From Candidatus Dadabacteria bacterium (lineage in GTDB: Bacteria; Desulfobacterota_D; UBA1144; Nemesobacterales; CSP1-2): 64,000 nt of DNA. The notes under the pieces are model-generated. The model had not been told where the DNA came from. It searched no databases and saw nothing but the letters and a program-made list of their open reading frames with translations. Where the stretch lies: assembly GCA_963805855.1 (NCBI GenBank), contig CAWDVW010000004.1:1-64000 (forward strand). The letters run 5' to 3'. Below are positions 10,611 to 19,353 of the stretch, piece by piece (position 1 is the stretch's first letter; each line of letters begins with the position of its first letter). Position numbers and translations under genes: made by a program.

Positions 10611-10913
10611 ATGAAACATGTATCCTATTGTATTCGTTTCGTATTTGTAGTTACACTGATTGGTTATGCCCTTAGCTGCAAGGGTGAGAGCCCGGGAGAA
10701 TACGTGGACGATTCTGTCATCACCACGAAAGTAAAGGCCGAACTTCTGGCTGCCCCCGATATAAGCAGCTTGCCGATCAAGGTGGAAACCGTCAAAGGGG
10801 TAGTTCAACTAAGCGGTTTTGTCAACAATAAAGAACAAGCCAGCAAGGCAGTTGAGATCGCACGTAGTGTCCAGGGTGTTAAGTCGGTCAATGATAGCCT
10901 TGTTGTGAAATAG
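10611..10913 (+). CDS. BON-domain lipoprotein (OsmY-like), copy 1
   Basis: Lipobox ALSC; GEYVDDSVITTKVKA..V.VET..GVVQLSGFV; AGGAG RBS. Confidence 0.92.
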   Translation: MKHVSYCIRFVFVVTLIGYALSCKGESPGEYVDDSVITTKVKAELLAAPDISSLPIKVETVKGVVQLSGFVNNKEQASKAVEIARSVQGVKSVNDSLVVK

Positions 10914-10978
10914 GATGAGGCATTTAAGAACATTATGGCTGATTCATTAATAACTGGTTTAAAAAGGAGGAAAACCCA

Positions 10979-11137
10979 ATGTCTATAGGCGCAATTTTAA
11001 TTATCATCTTAATTCTGATCCTGATAGGAGTGATTCCAGTATGGCCACACGCTAAAAGTTGGGGCTATTGGCCCGGTGGGCTAGTCGGACTGATACTGGT
11101 AATATTGCTTATATTGCTCTTATTAGGAAGGCTTTAA
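10979..11137 (+). CDS. DUF3309 family small membrane protein, copy 1 (52 aa, not in ORF track)
   Basis: MSIGAILIIILILILIGVIPVWPHAKSWGYWPGGLVGLILVILLILLLLGRL; AGGAGG RBS. Confidence 0.9.
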   Translation: MSIGAILIIILILILIGVIPVWPHAKSWGYWPGGLVGLILVILLILLLLGRL

Positions 11138-11189
11138 AAATGCCTCATCACTAATCCCGTCTATGTGCACTGTCGGGAGCTAGGGTCCT

Positions 11190-11445
11190 ACTACCTACTA
11201 CTTGAAGAGAGGATTCAAAGAGCCAAGAAGCAGCCTACACTCTTTGAACTCATGGGCTATTGCTATCAGGTCATAGTGACCAATATTGAATGGATGCACC
11301 AGAGGAGGTATGGCGGTTCTACAATGGGAGAGCTAATGTTGAGAACATGATAAAAGAAGGGGTTCTATCTTAACTCTTTAGATATAAACATCTCTCATTT
11401 TTATGGGGCAAATGTAGCCACTTTCGTTTCGTTATGCTTGCTTTC
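11190..11445 (+). mobile_element. IS1380-family transposase remnant (internal fragment)
   Basis: YCYQVIVTN..WRFYNGRANVENMIKEG..YGANVA..FVMLA read across frameshifts and stops. Confidence 0.65.
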
Positions 11446-11575
11446 CATGGGAATGGCAGTTGGAAAGATAATTCTTGTTGACATTAATGTTATTTGTGGT
11501 AGAGAAGTAGCAGGAGTGATATAAGGAGATTGTGCATGAAATGGGATAAAACCTTAAGTAAGGAGGTGATATCAG

Positions 11576-11719
11576 ATGGCTCTTAAACAAGGAGAAGTTT
11601 ACATGTGTCCGGACTCTAACTGTGGATGTGAAATCACGGTGACAAAGGGCGCCGCACCCGGCAAGGGTGGTGACCTGGCACCGCGCTGCTGCTGTGGGAA
11701 AGAGATGGTCAAGAAGTAA
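11576..11719 (+). CDS. 47-aa Cys-rich metal-binding micro-protein (desulforedoxin/metallothionein-like; not in ORF track)
   Basis: MALKQGEVYMCPDSNCGCEITVTKGAAPGKGGDLAPRCCCGKEMVKK; perfect AAGGAGGTGA RBS. Confidence 0.85.
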   Translation: MALKQGEVYMCPDSNCGCEITVTKGAAPGKGGDLAPRCCCGKEMVKK

Positions 11720-11729
11720 ACACCAAGTC

Positions 11730-11821
11730 TGAAAGGAGGTGAATAGCTATAAGTACCAAACGCAGAATCGAGTGAGATAAGCGAAGAAGAATTCAACAAA
11801 ATGAGAGAGAAAATTAAATAA
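11730..11821 (+). pseudogene. Collapsed SHOCT-domain gene remnant
   Basis: AAGGAGGTGA RBS followed by ATA and then EISEEEFNKMREKIK-stop (SHOCT C-terminus). Confidence 0.5.
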
Positions 11822-11839
11822 ATACAGGGGGCCTTACAG

Positions 11840-12409
11840 ATGAGAAAGCTACTATTTTTATTGATTTTAATATCTTTTACAAGTCTTTCTTTTGCCCAGG
11901 GCATAATGCAGAAGAAGCAAGGACAGATGGGAATGAAGGGGCAGGGAATGATGAGCAGGCAATGTGGAATGATGCCACCTATGATGATGGGTGGGATGTC
12001 TAGCATGATGGTTCACCACGTTCTGATGAAAGCAAACACTCTCGATCTCACGGATACTCAGAAGCAAGATCTAGTCAATATTCGGGAGAAATATCTTTAT
12101 CCGACGGTTCGTAAGGAAGCGGATTTTAAAATCTCTCACATGAAGATTATGGATATGTTACAAGACCCGAACTTTGATCCTGCCAAGGTAAAGGCAGAAG
12201 TCAAACTATCAAACGATATCAACCTTGAGATGGCAAATATGTCAATAGATGCACTTACGGCGGTGAGAGATGCTATAGGTGTAGAAAACTTCAAAAAGGC
12301 GAATGTGATGATGCCTATGATGAGCGGTGGAATGATGATGGGTGAGGAAGAGAAAGAAGAAATGATGGAAGAAAAACCAGCACAAGAGAAAAAAGAAGAA
12401 CCTGAATAG
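11840..12409 (+). CDS. Met-rich periplasmic Spy/CpxP-like (heavy-metal sensor/chaperone) protein, paralog 1
   Basis: Signal peptide, GMM repeats, LDLTDTQKQ (LTxxQ-like) and helical coiled core. Confidence 0.75.
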   Translation: MRKLLFLLILISFTSLSFAQGIMQKKQGQMGMKGQGMMSRQCGMMPPMMMGGMSSMMVHHVLMKANTLDLTDTQKQDLVNIREKYLYPTVRKEADFKISHMKIMDMLQDPNFDPAKVKAEVKLSNDINLEMANMSIDALTAVRDAIGVENFKKANVMMPMMSGGMMMGEEEKEEMMEEKPAQEKKEEPE

Positions 12410-12569
12410 AAAGGAGGTGAAACAGATAGGAAAAGCTATTACCATTAGTAGCAACTATTTTGCTCTTCTCCTTCGTCATAGTAGTTTATGCATAAAGTGG
12501 GAAAAGCTGGGCTATTGCCTAAATGTTTTTATCAATGTAAAATAACGGATATTAAAGGAGGTAAGTTAA

Positions 12570-12776
12570 ATGAGATTATTTAAAGGGTCCTGGAGTAGCG
12601 TCAGAAGATTATTAATTTTAGTTGGCATAACATTTCTATTCAGCCTCCCTGGTCTATTCAACCTCCCTGGTCTTATGAGATGTGCCGGCTCGGTAGATTC
12701 AACTGCCAAGAATGAGTACAGTCAGATAAACAGTGAACGGATAGTCGAGGTTGGATTGGCTAAGAGTTTAAACTGA
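12570..12776 (+). CDS. Hypothetical small exported/lipoprotein-like peptide
   Basis: AAGGAGGT RBS; hydrophobic N-terminus with an 18-nt tandem duplication (LFSLPG/LFNLPG) and LMRCAG. Confidence 0.45.
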   Translation: MRLFKGSWSSVRRLLILVGITFLFSLPGLFNLPGLMRCAGSVDSTAKNEYSQINSERIVEVGLAKSLN

Positions 12777-13085
12777 ATTTATGAATAACCAGTAACCTTA
12801 GGTCTTTGACAGAAGAACATACTTTCTATAATTAATGGAGAGGATAAAAAAGGTTAACAAGCTAATCCCCAAATACCACTCTGGCAATCCAAGTGGTAAA
12901 AAAACTCATCTTTTAAATCGAATTGATATTGTATCCAATATCGTCCATAAGATGTTCCTTGAAGAAAATACTCCTTTCTTGAAAGTTTATAAATAGACGG
13001 GGAATAGGACTTTCGATATAGGTCTTTTTTTAACCTCGATAATTTTTGGTATAAATAAAACTGGTTAATTTCATAATACTCATAA

Positions 13086-13483
13086 AAAAGGAGGATTCTC
13101 ATGAAAAAAGTAACCGGAAATTTAAGTCTCATTATAGGTCTTTTACTTATGATTGCGTTGATGAGCTGTGCAGGTAGCCGCACTCGAGAGACTACGGGAG
13201 AATACGTAGACGATAGCGTTATCACCACAAAAGTGAAGTACGCGCTTTTGGCCGATCCGGATGTAAAAAGCCTTAATATCGGTGTGGAAACCTACAAAGG
13301 GGAAGTTCAGCTAAGCGGATTTGTTAACAACGCTGACCAAGCCCGTAAGGCAGTCGAGATTGCAAAGAGTGTCCAGGGTGTTAGGTCAGTTAAAAACAGT
13401 CTCATTGTGAAATAGACTAAGGGATCTTAATCTAGACTACGGCTGATCCCGTAACTAATTAAAAAGGAGGTAACATCATGCCT
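13086..13483 (+). repeat. ~400-bp direct repeat, copy A (BON gene plus flanks; copy B at 18556-18953)
   Basis: Direct comparison shows about 6 substitutions at a constant offset of 5470. Confidence 0.95.
13101..13415 (+). CDS. BON-domain lipoprotein, copy 2
   Basis: Lipobox LMSC; ETTGEYVDDSVITTKVK; AGGAGG RBS. Confidence 0.93.
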   Translation: MKKVTGNLSLIIGLLLMIALMSCAGSRTRETTGEYVDDSVITTKVKYALLADPDVKSLNIGVETYKGEVQLSGFVNNADQARKAVEIAKSVQGVRSVKNSLIVK

Positions 13484-13669
13484 TTAATTCAAGTTGTGGT
13501 GGTCCTTATCGTAGTTGGCGTTCTTCTCTGGCTCATCAACCGATTCATCCCGATGGCGGGTTCCATCAAGATGATCTTGAATGCCGTCGTGGTCATTGCC
13601 GTTGTCTTGTGGCTCCTGAGCGTTTTTGGAGTTCTCGGTTCGCTCTCCAGTATCCATGTGGGGAAGTAA
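13478..13669 (+). CDS. Thivi_2564-like small membrane protein
   Basis: MPLIQVVVVLIVVGVLLWLINRFIPMAGSIK.ILNAVVVIAVVLWLL pattern; AGGAGG RBS. Confidence 0.85.
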   Translation: MPLIQVVVVLIVVGVLLWLINRFIPMAGSIKMILNAVVVIAVVLWLLSVFGVLGSLSSIHVGK

Positions 13670-13808
13670 CTGTCTAAGTTCGGAGCATATGGGGCATAAT
13701 CGCCGCGGCTGCATCCTATTCTGTCCCGGAAGGGGACCGACCGGAGGACGTTAATTATCTGTACAATCAGAGGCCGGCCCGACAGCAATGATTAAGACAT
13801 AGGCGAAC

Positions 13809-15623
13809 ATGTCAGAAAAAGCCCAAACGGTGACAAGACATTTCGGCATCGGGTCCATACCCGGTGCAAAGGGTGTAACCTTTCGAATATGGGCACCCCA
13901 TGGCGAAAAGGTTTACGTGACCGGAACCTTCAATCAGTGGAGCAAAATCTCAACACCTCTATTCAGTGAGAAGAACGGTTACTGGTCGGCTGACGTGTCA
14001 GACGCGAAACCGGGAGATGAGTACAGATATTTGATTCACGGTCAAAAGGGCCCCCTCTCTCGCATTGATCCGTATGCCAGAAAGGTGACGAACTCAACTG
14101 GCAACGGAATTATCTATGATCCTGAGGCATTCGATTGGGGTGATAGTAACTTCCACATGGCAACGGGGAATGAGCTTGTCATTTATGAGATACACGTTGG
14201 CACCTTTAACGTCAAAGAAGAGGGGCATCCGGGCACGTTTGATAGTGCCATCGAAAAACTTCCCTATCTTCAAGAACTGGGTATCAATGCCGTGGAAGTG
14301 ATGCCGGTCATGGAGTTTTCAGGCGACTTTTCGTGGGGTTACAATCCGTCTCATCCCTTTGCTGTTGAAAGTATTTACGGCGGGCCGGATGCCTTTAAGC
14401 GATTTGTTAAAGCGGCCCACGAGCATGGTATCGCTATCATTGTAGATGTTGTTTATAACCACTTCGGTCCCTCCGATCTTGACTTGTGGCAGTTTGATGG
14501 TTGGAGCGAGAATGGGAAGGGGGGAGTTTACTTTTACAACGATCGCCGCTCGCACACACCCTGGGGCGACACGCGCCCCGATTATGGTCGGGATGAAGTG
14601 CGCCAATATCTGCGCGATAACGCTCTGATGTGGCTCGAGGAGTACCGCGTCGACGGCTTACGCTGGGACGCCATAAGCTATATTAAGAATATTGAGGGTA
14701 ATGAAGCAAATCCGGCTAATGACATCCCCGAAGGCTGGAGCTTAATGCAGTGGATCAATGAGGAAATCCAACAACATTTTCCGGGCAAAATTAGCATCGC
14801 TGAAGATTTAAAGAATAACGCCTGGGTCGCCAAAGATGTAGGGGCGGGCGGCGCAGGCTTCAATGCGCAATGGGATACCGAGTTTGTTCACCCCGTTCGC
14901 CAGGCCGTCATCTCCCGTGATGATAAACTCCGCGATTTGGGGGCAGTCAGTAAAGCTATCGAGCATCGCTACGATTTAGACGTCTTTCAGCGGGTCATTT
15001 ATACTGAATCGCACGACGAGGTCGCTAATGGTCGAGCCCGCGTTCCGGAGGAGATCTGGCCAGGTAAGGTAGATAGCTGGTTTTCCAAGAAACGCTCCAC
15101 CTTGGGCGCTGCCCTTGTTCTTACTTCGCCCGGTATCCCGATGCTTTTTCAAGGGCAAGAGTTGCTGGAAGATCGCTGGTTCCAGGATAAAGTCCCGATC
15201 GACTGGTCTCGAACTGAGGACGAACACGGTATTCTCGGCATGTACCGGGATCTGATCGCCCTACGGCGCAACCGGTCGGGCGTGACGCGGGGGCTGTGCG
15301 GTCAAAACATCCACATCTATCATTTTGACGATGGGGCCAAGCTGATTGCTTTCCATCGCTGGGACAAACAAGGCCCAACCGATAGCGTCGTTGTTGTCGT
15401 TAATATGATGAATCAAAATCGCGATGATTATGTCATCGGTTTTCCGCGGGCCGGATTATGGAAAACACGATTTAACAGTGACTCATATAACTACGGCCCA
15501 GATTTTTACAATCATCCTACACCTGACGTCGAAACCCATAAGGAAGGAACCGATGGACTACCCTGCTCAGGCGAAATCGGCATTGGGCCATACACGGTCG
15601 TAATTTTTTCGCAGGATGAATAA
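13809..15623 (+). CDS. GH13 alpha-amylase family protein with CBM48 (branching enzyme/TreZ-like)
   Basis: FRIWAP, YEIHVGTF, SWGYNP, DVVYNH, DGLRWD, IAED, ESHDE and PMLFQGQE motifs. Confidence 0.92.
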   Translation: MSEKAQTVTRHFGIGSIPGAKGVTFRIWAPHGEKVYVTGTFNQWSKISTPLFSEKNGYWSADVSDAKPGDEYRYLIHGQKGPLSRIDPYARKVTNSTGNGIIYDPEAFDWGDSNFHMATGNELVIYEIHVGTFNVKEEGHPGTFDSAIEKLPYLQELGINAVEVMPVMEFSGDFSWGYNPSHPFAVESIYGGPDAFKRFVKAAHEHGIAIIVDVVYNHFGPSDLDLWQFDGWSENGKGGVYFYNDRRSHTPWGDTRPDYGRDEVRQYLRDNALMWLEEYRVDGLRWDAISYIKNIEGNEANPANDIPEGWSLMQWINEEIQQHFPGKISIAEDLKNNAWVAKDVGAGGAGFNAQWDTEFVHPVRQAVISRDDKLRDLGAVSKAIEHRYDLDVFQRVIYTESHDEVANGRARVPEEIWPGKVDSWFSKKRSTLGAALVLTSPGIPMLFQGQELLEDRWFQDKVPIDWSRTEDEHGILGMYRDLIALRRNRSGVTRGLCGQNIHIYHFDDGAKLIAFHRWDKQGPTDSVVVVVNMMNQNRDDYVIGFPRAGLWKTRFNSDSYNYGPDFYNHPTPDVETHKEGTDGLPCSGEIGIGPYTVVIFSQDE

Positions 15624-15646
15624 GAGTCTGTGCAAGGAGGGAGAAA

Positions 15647-15853
15647 ATGATTACGCTAATCATCGTATTGATCATCATTGCGGTGGTGACGGTCTTTTCG
15701 GTACAGAATGCAATGCCTGTTGTAATCTCATTTCTCTTTTGGAAATTCGAGGCGTCCCTTGCAATCGTCTTATTTTTCTCTGTTTTGGCAGGTGTGGTGA
15801 TTGGAGTTAGTGCAGCATCTCTCATTAGAATGAGATTGTCTAAGAAAAAATAA
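15647..15853 (+). CDS. LapA (DUF1049) family membrane protein
   Basis: FSVQNA.PV.ISFLFWKFE.SLA motif; GGAGG RBS. Confidence 0.85.
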   Translation: MITLIIVLIIIAVVTVFSVQNAMPVVISFLFWKFEASLAIVLFFSVLAGVVIGVSAASLIRMRLSKKK

Positions 15854-15950
15854 AATTCTATTGACCGAGAAAATGCGCACGCTGTTTGAAGGATTCATTG
15901 AGAGCGTCTTTTATTCCTGCAAATAGTTAGACTTTGATAGGAGGAAGAAG

Positions 15951-16145
15951 ATGGAAAGATTAATGATTGTTGTAGCGGTTTTGTTTGTCTTTAGTATTTC
16001 AGCATTTGCCCAGATGAGCACCGGTCAAGGTGATGGCATGATGGGTGGTGGTTGGGGGTGGGGAATGAACTCTGGATGGTTTTTTATGATTATTATCGCG
16101 ATTCTCGTTATTTTGGGTATCGTTTATATGATGAAACGAAGGTAA
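15951..16145 (+). CDS. Small membrane protein with Gly/Met-rich periplasmic linker
   Basis: Signal peptide, GMMGGGWGWGM, one TM helix, KRR tail; AGGAGG RBS. Confidence 0.7.
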   Translation: MERLMIVVAVLFVFSISAFAQMSTGQGDGMMGGGWGWGMNSGWFFMIIIAILVILGIVYMMKRR

Positions 16146-16200
16146 AAATCTGAAAGGGCAAAACATATTTCTTATAAAACAATTCTTGGTGCATCTTAGG

Positions 16201-16352
16201 CATACATCGATAAGCACGGCCAATACATCCGGAAATCCGCAAAAGGAAATGGAGTATGGACACTGCCAATAAACGTGTGTGAACTCCGTCATGCGCTGAG
16301 ACTGCAATTTATCACGCTTAAATGTGGAGAATATTAAAGGAGGACATATGAT
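16201..16352 (+). repeat. Degenerate copy of the phosphoketolase 3' end/usp start junction (31092-31245)
   Basis: Shares GGAAATGGAGTATGGACACTGCCAATAA..GTGAACTCCGTCATGCGCTGAGACTGCAATTTATCACGCT..GGAGGACATATGATT. Confidence 0.9.
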
Positions 16353-16500
16353 TGTACTGCTCCCCTTTTGTCAAGCTCGGTTTAAGTTGGATTTATGAAG
16401 AATGCAACGCTTCCTAGCTATTCTGATGACCTACTATTAAGTAAGGGTTTTTTATCAAAAATCTAACTTAACCTATGGACCTATTATAGGGGGCAGGCTA
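16353..16500. mobile_element. IS3-derived miniature element (MITE-like), copy 1
   Basis: Begins TGTACTGCTCCCCTTTTGTCAAG; the other end is the reverse complement of the IS3 left end at 21182; homologous to 37879-38027. Confidence 0.75.
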
Positions 16501-16590
16501 AACGACGTCGTAGATTTCTCCGGCACGACCGTATAAAGGGGTTGCGTTCCATTTAATCTCTACATATAATATACATTTATAATTAAGAAG

Positions 16591-16606
16591 TGGCACCAAA
16601 CTTGCC
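16591..16606 (+). promoter_or_regulatory. Sigma-54 (-24/-12) promoter candidate
   Basis: TGGCAC-caaac-TTGC with exact spacing, about 130 bp upstream of the Gln-repeat gene and preceded by an AT-rich tract. Confidence 0.65.
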
Positions 16607-16733
16607 AACCTAATTGGCGAGAGTAAGTGGAATCGTAAGTGTTCCAACAAGTTGTTAAAGCATGAGGCGCTTCGCTCCAAGTATCGATAGACTTGTGTGT
16701 GGAACGGTCGGATTGTTAAGGAGGTGTAGTTCA

Positions 16734-17720
16734 ATGAAATTTAGAATCCCGAACCGTTTGGTGGTAGCGTTTGTAATCGGCGGGGTGTTGCTGGTGGGAA
16801 CTAGCTTACCGTCCAACGCACAGCAGCAAGAAACTCAACAGCAGGACAAGCAAGAAAAGGTTGAGCAGCAACAAGAAAAGTGAAACAGGGACAAGCAAGA
16901 AAAGGTTGAGCAGCAACAACAGCACAAGCAACAAAAGGTTGAGCAGCAGCAACAGCACAAGCAACAAAAGGTTGAGCAGCAGCAACAGGACAAGCAAGAA
17001 AAGGTTGAGCAGCAGCAACAGCACAAGCAAGAAAAGGTTGAGCAGCAACAGCAGCACAAGCAAGAAAAGGTTGAGCAGCAACAACAGCACAAGCAAGAAA
17101 AGGTTGAGCAACAGCGTCTGTCACAGCAGCAGCAACAAGAGCTTATTAATCAGCAACAAAAGCGCCTGGCGCAGTATAATCAACAACTGCAACAACAGCA
17201 GCGTCTCGCGGAACAGCGTATAACACTCCTACAGCAACAAAAGCGTCTGGCGCAGTATCGCTTTCAGCAACAGTATTTGGAGCGCCTGAGTCAACAGCAG
17301 AAAAGTCTCCAGAATGAGCAGAACTACAATTACAATAATGATCCGTACTTCTACACTGCCCCGAATTATCGTTACTCTCGTAGCGGCAGGTACTACGAAA
17401 CGAATCAATACGGTGCAAATTTGCTCAAGCAGGCCGTAAACTACGGCTATGATCAAGGCTACCGCGCCGGACAGGCAGACCGGGCGGATGGTTGGGGCTA
17501 CAACTATAAAGACTCTTATGCCTATCAGGACGCGAACTACGGCTATAATGGCTTTTACGTAGACCAGAAGGATTACAACTACTACTTCCGCGAGGGCTTC
17601 AGTCGCGGCTATGAAGATGGCTACAAGAGCCGCTATCAATATGGTATCAACTCCAGCGGCAACTATTCCATTCTGGGGACGATTATGTCGCAGATTCTCA
17701 ACTTGCAGTCGCTTCACTAA
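16734..17720 (+). CDS. Secreted Gln-repeat / Tyr-Gly-rich protein interrupted by an in-frame TGA at 16881
   Basis: AAGGAGGT RBS, signal peptide, (H/D)KQ(E/Q)KVEQQQQ repeats and a Y/G/N-rich C-terminus. Both parts lie in the same frame. Confidence 0.75.
16845..17110 (+). repeat. 33-bp coding tandem repeat (~8 units)
   Basis: Unit (C/G)ACAAGCAA(G/C)AAAAGGTTGAGCAGCA(A/G)CA(A/G)CAG. Confidence 0.95.
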
Positions 17721-17739
17721 AGACTTATAGGCACTGGGG

Positions 17740-17913
17740 AATGTGGTTATTTTGTCACCTTTTTGGCTTCTGATGATATTGGGAATAGCAGCAATAATAA
17801 GATGGTTCAATGCCGAAACTCGGGATAAAGAATCACCCATTGAAATACTGGAAAGGAGATATGCCAAGGGGGAAACAAGTAAATAGGAATTGAGGAAATG
17901 AAAGAAAAAATAA
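17740..17913 (+). pseudogene. SHOCT-domain membrane protein remnant
   Basis: FWLLMILGIAAIIRWF..ESPIEILERRYAKGE then a stop and EEMKEK. Confidence 0.7.
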
Positions 17914-17932
17914 CAGAAAGGAGAGATTAAAT

Positions 17933-18532
17933 ATGAAAAGATTAATAGCTTCACTGTTTATATTGATATGCCTTACCAGTCTTGCTCTGGCCCAGGAAAT
18001 GTCTCAGCAAAAGGGCGAGCAACAAAAAGATATGATGTCTAAGGGCAAGATGATGGGGATGGAAAAGGGTATGAGAGACCACATGATGTATGGCATGATG
18101 GTTCACCACGTTCTGATGATAGCAAACACTCTCGATCTCACGGATACTCAGAAGCAAGATCTAGCAAATATTCAGGAGAAATATCTTTATCCGACGGTTC
18201 GTAAGGAAGCGGATTTTAAAATCTCTCACATGAAGACTATGGACATGCTACATGATCCTAACTTCGACCCCGCAAATCTAAAGTCAGAAATAAAAACTTC
18301 GAATCAAATTAACCTGGAACTGGCAGATATGATGGTAGACGCGCTCACGGCTATAAGAAAAGCTGTAGGTCCGGAAAACTTTACACAGGTTATGAAAATG
18401 ATGCCTATGGATTGCGGAATGATGAAGAGCGGAGAGATGATGGAGAAAGGAGAAATGATGGAGAATAAACCGGCGCAAGAGAAAGAAGAAGATTCCTCTA
18501 GTGAACACGAAGAACACCATCCGTATCAGTAA
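17933..18532 (+). CDS. Met-rich periplasmic Spy/CpxP-like protein, paralog 2 (His-containing tail)
   Basis: Paralog of 11840-12409; ends EHEEHHPYQ. Confidence 0.75.
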   Translation: MKRLIASLFILICLTSLALAQEMSQQKGEQQKDMMSKGKMMGMEKGMRDHMMYGMMVHHVLMIANTLDLTDTQKQDLANIQEKYLYPTVRKEADFKISHMKTMDMLHDPNFDPANLKSEIKTSNQINLELADMMVDALTAIRKAVGPENFTQVMKMMPMDCGMMKSGEMMEKGEMMENKPAQEKEEDSSSEHEEHHPYQ

Positions 18533-18570
18533 GAAGTCTAAATAATATTTGTGAGAAAAGGAGGATTCTC

Positions 18571-18885
18571 ATGAAAAAAGTAACCGGAAATTTAAGTCTC
18601 ATTATAGGTCTTTTACTTATGGTTGCGTTGATGAGCTGTGCAGGTAGCCGCACTCGAGAGACTACGGGAGAATACGTAGACGATAGCGTTATCACCACAA
18701 AAGTGAAGTACGCGCTTTTGGCCGATCCGGATGTAAAAAGCCTTAATATCGGTGTAGAAACCTTCAAAGGGGAAGTTCAGCTAAGCGGATTTGTTAACAA
18801 CGCTGACCAAGCCCGTAAGGCAGTCGAGATTGCAAAGAGTATCCAGGGTGTTAGGTCAGTTAAAAACAGTCTCATTGTGAAATAG
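18571..18885 (+). CDS. BON-domain lipoprotein, copy 3 (near-identical to copy 2)
   Basis: Three amino-acid differences from 13101-13415. Confidence 0.93.
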   Translation: MKKVTGNLSLIIGLLLMVALMSCAGSRTRETTGEYVDDSVITTKVKYALLADPDVKSLNIGVETFKGEVQLSGFVNNADQARKAVEIAKSIQGVRSVKNSLIVK

Positions 18886-18947
18886 ACTAAAGGATCTTAA
18901 TCTAGACTACGGCTGATCCCGTAACTAATTAAAAAGGAGATAACATC

Positions 18948-19106
18948 ATGCCTATAGGCGCGATTTTAATTATCATCTTAATTCTGATCCTAATAGGAGT
19001 GATTCCAGTATGGCCACACGCTAAAAGTTGGGGCTATACACCCGGTGGGATAGTCGGACTGATACTGGTAATATTGGTTATATTGTGGTTATTAGGAAAG
19101 CTCTAA
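18948..19106 (+). CDS. DUF3309 family small membrane protein, copy 2 (not in ORF track)
   Basis: MPIGAILIIILILILIGVIPVWPHAKSWGYTPGGIVGLILVILVILWLLGKL. Confidence 0.9.
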   Translation: MPIGAILIIILILILIGVIPVWPHAKSWGYTPGGIVGLILVILVILWLLGKL

Positions 19107-19353
19107 ACATGCCTCATCACTAATCCCGTCTAAGGACACTGTTGGGAGCAAGGGGCTGTACTTCTCCCCGTATGTCAAGTATCTTTATAATGTCAAGTAT
19201 GATTCTTGTACTCAGTGCATAACTCCGATACGGGCAGGAAGGGAATGAACTTAACATTTATTATCCTAAGAGTCTTCAGAGGCCTCAGTGAGATAATAAC
19301 AAAAATAATATCACCAAGTTTGAAACAACATCAAACCTTCTTAGGGGGATCAG

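Noticed and set aside
16641..16722. Possible second attC (TCCAAC..GCTTCGC..GTTAAG)
   Set aside because: The arms do not pair convincingly, and the right end overlaps the RBS of the next gene.
10093..16883. In-frame TGA codons as recoding (Gly/Trp/Sec)
   Set aside because: TGA terminates core genes (tuf, glmS, purD). One case is explained by compensating indels and the other lies in a truncated pseudogene.
16845..17110. Regularly spaced ~33-bp repeats as a CRISPR array
   Set aside because: The units are contiguous with no unique spacers, are in-frame coding, and no cas genes are present.
16801..17223. Poly-Cys, poly-Leu, Ala-rich and Ser-rich ORFs in the track
   Set aside because: They are alternative-frame and antisense shadows of the 33-bp Gln-coding repeat and have no RBS.
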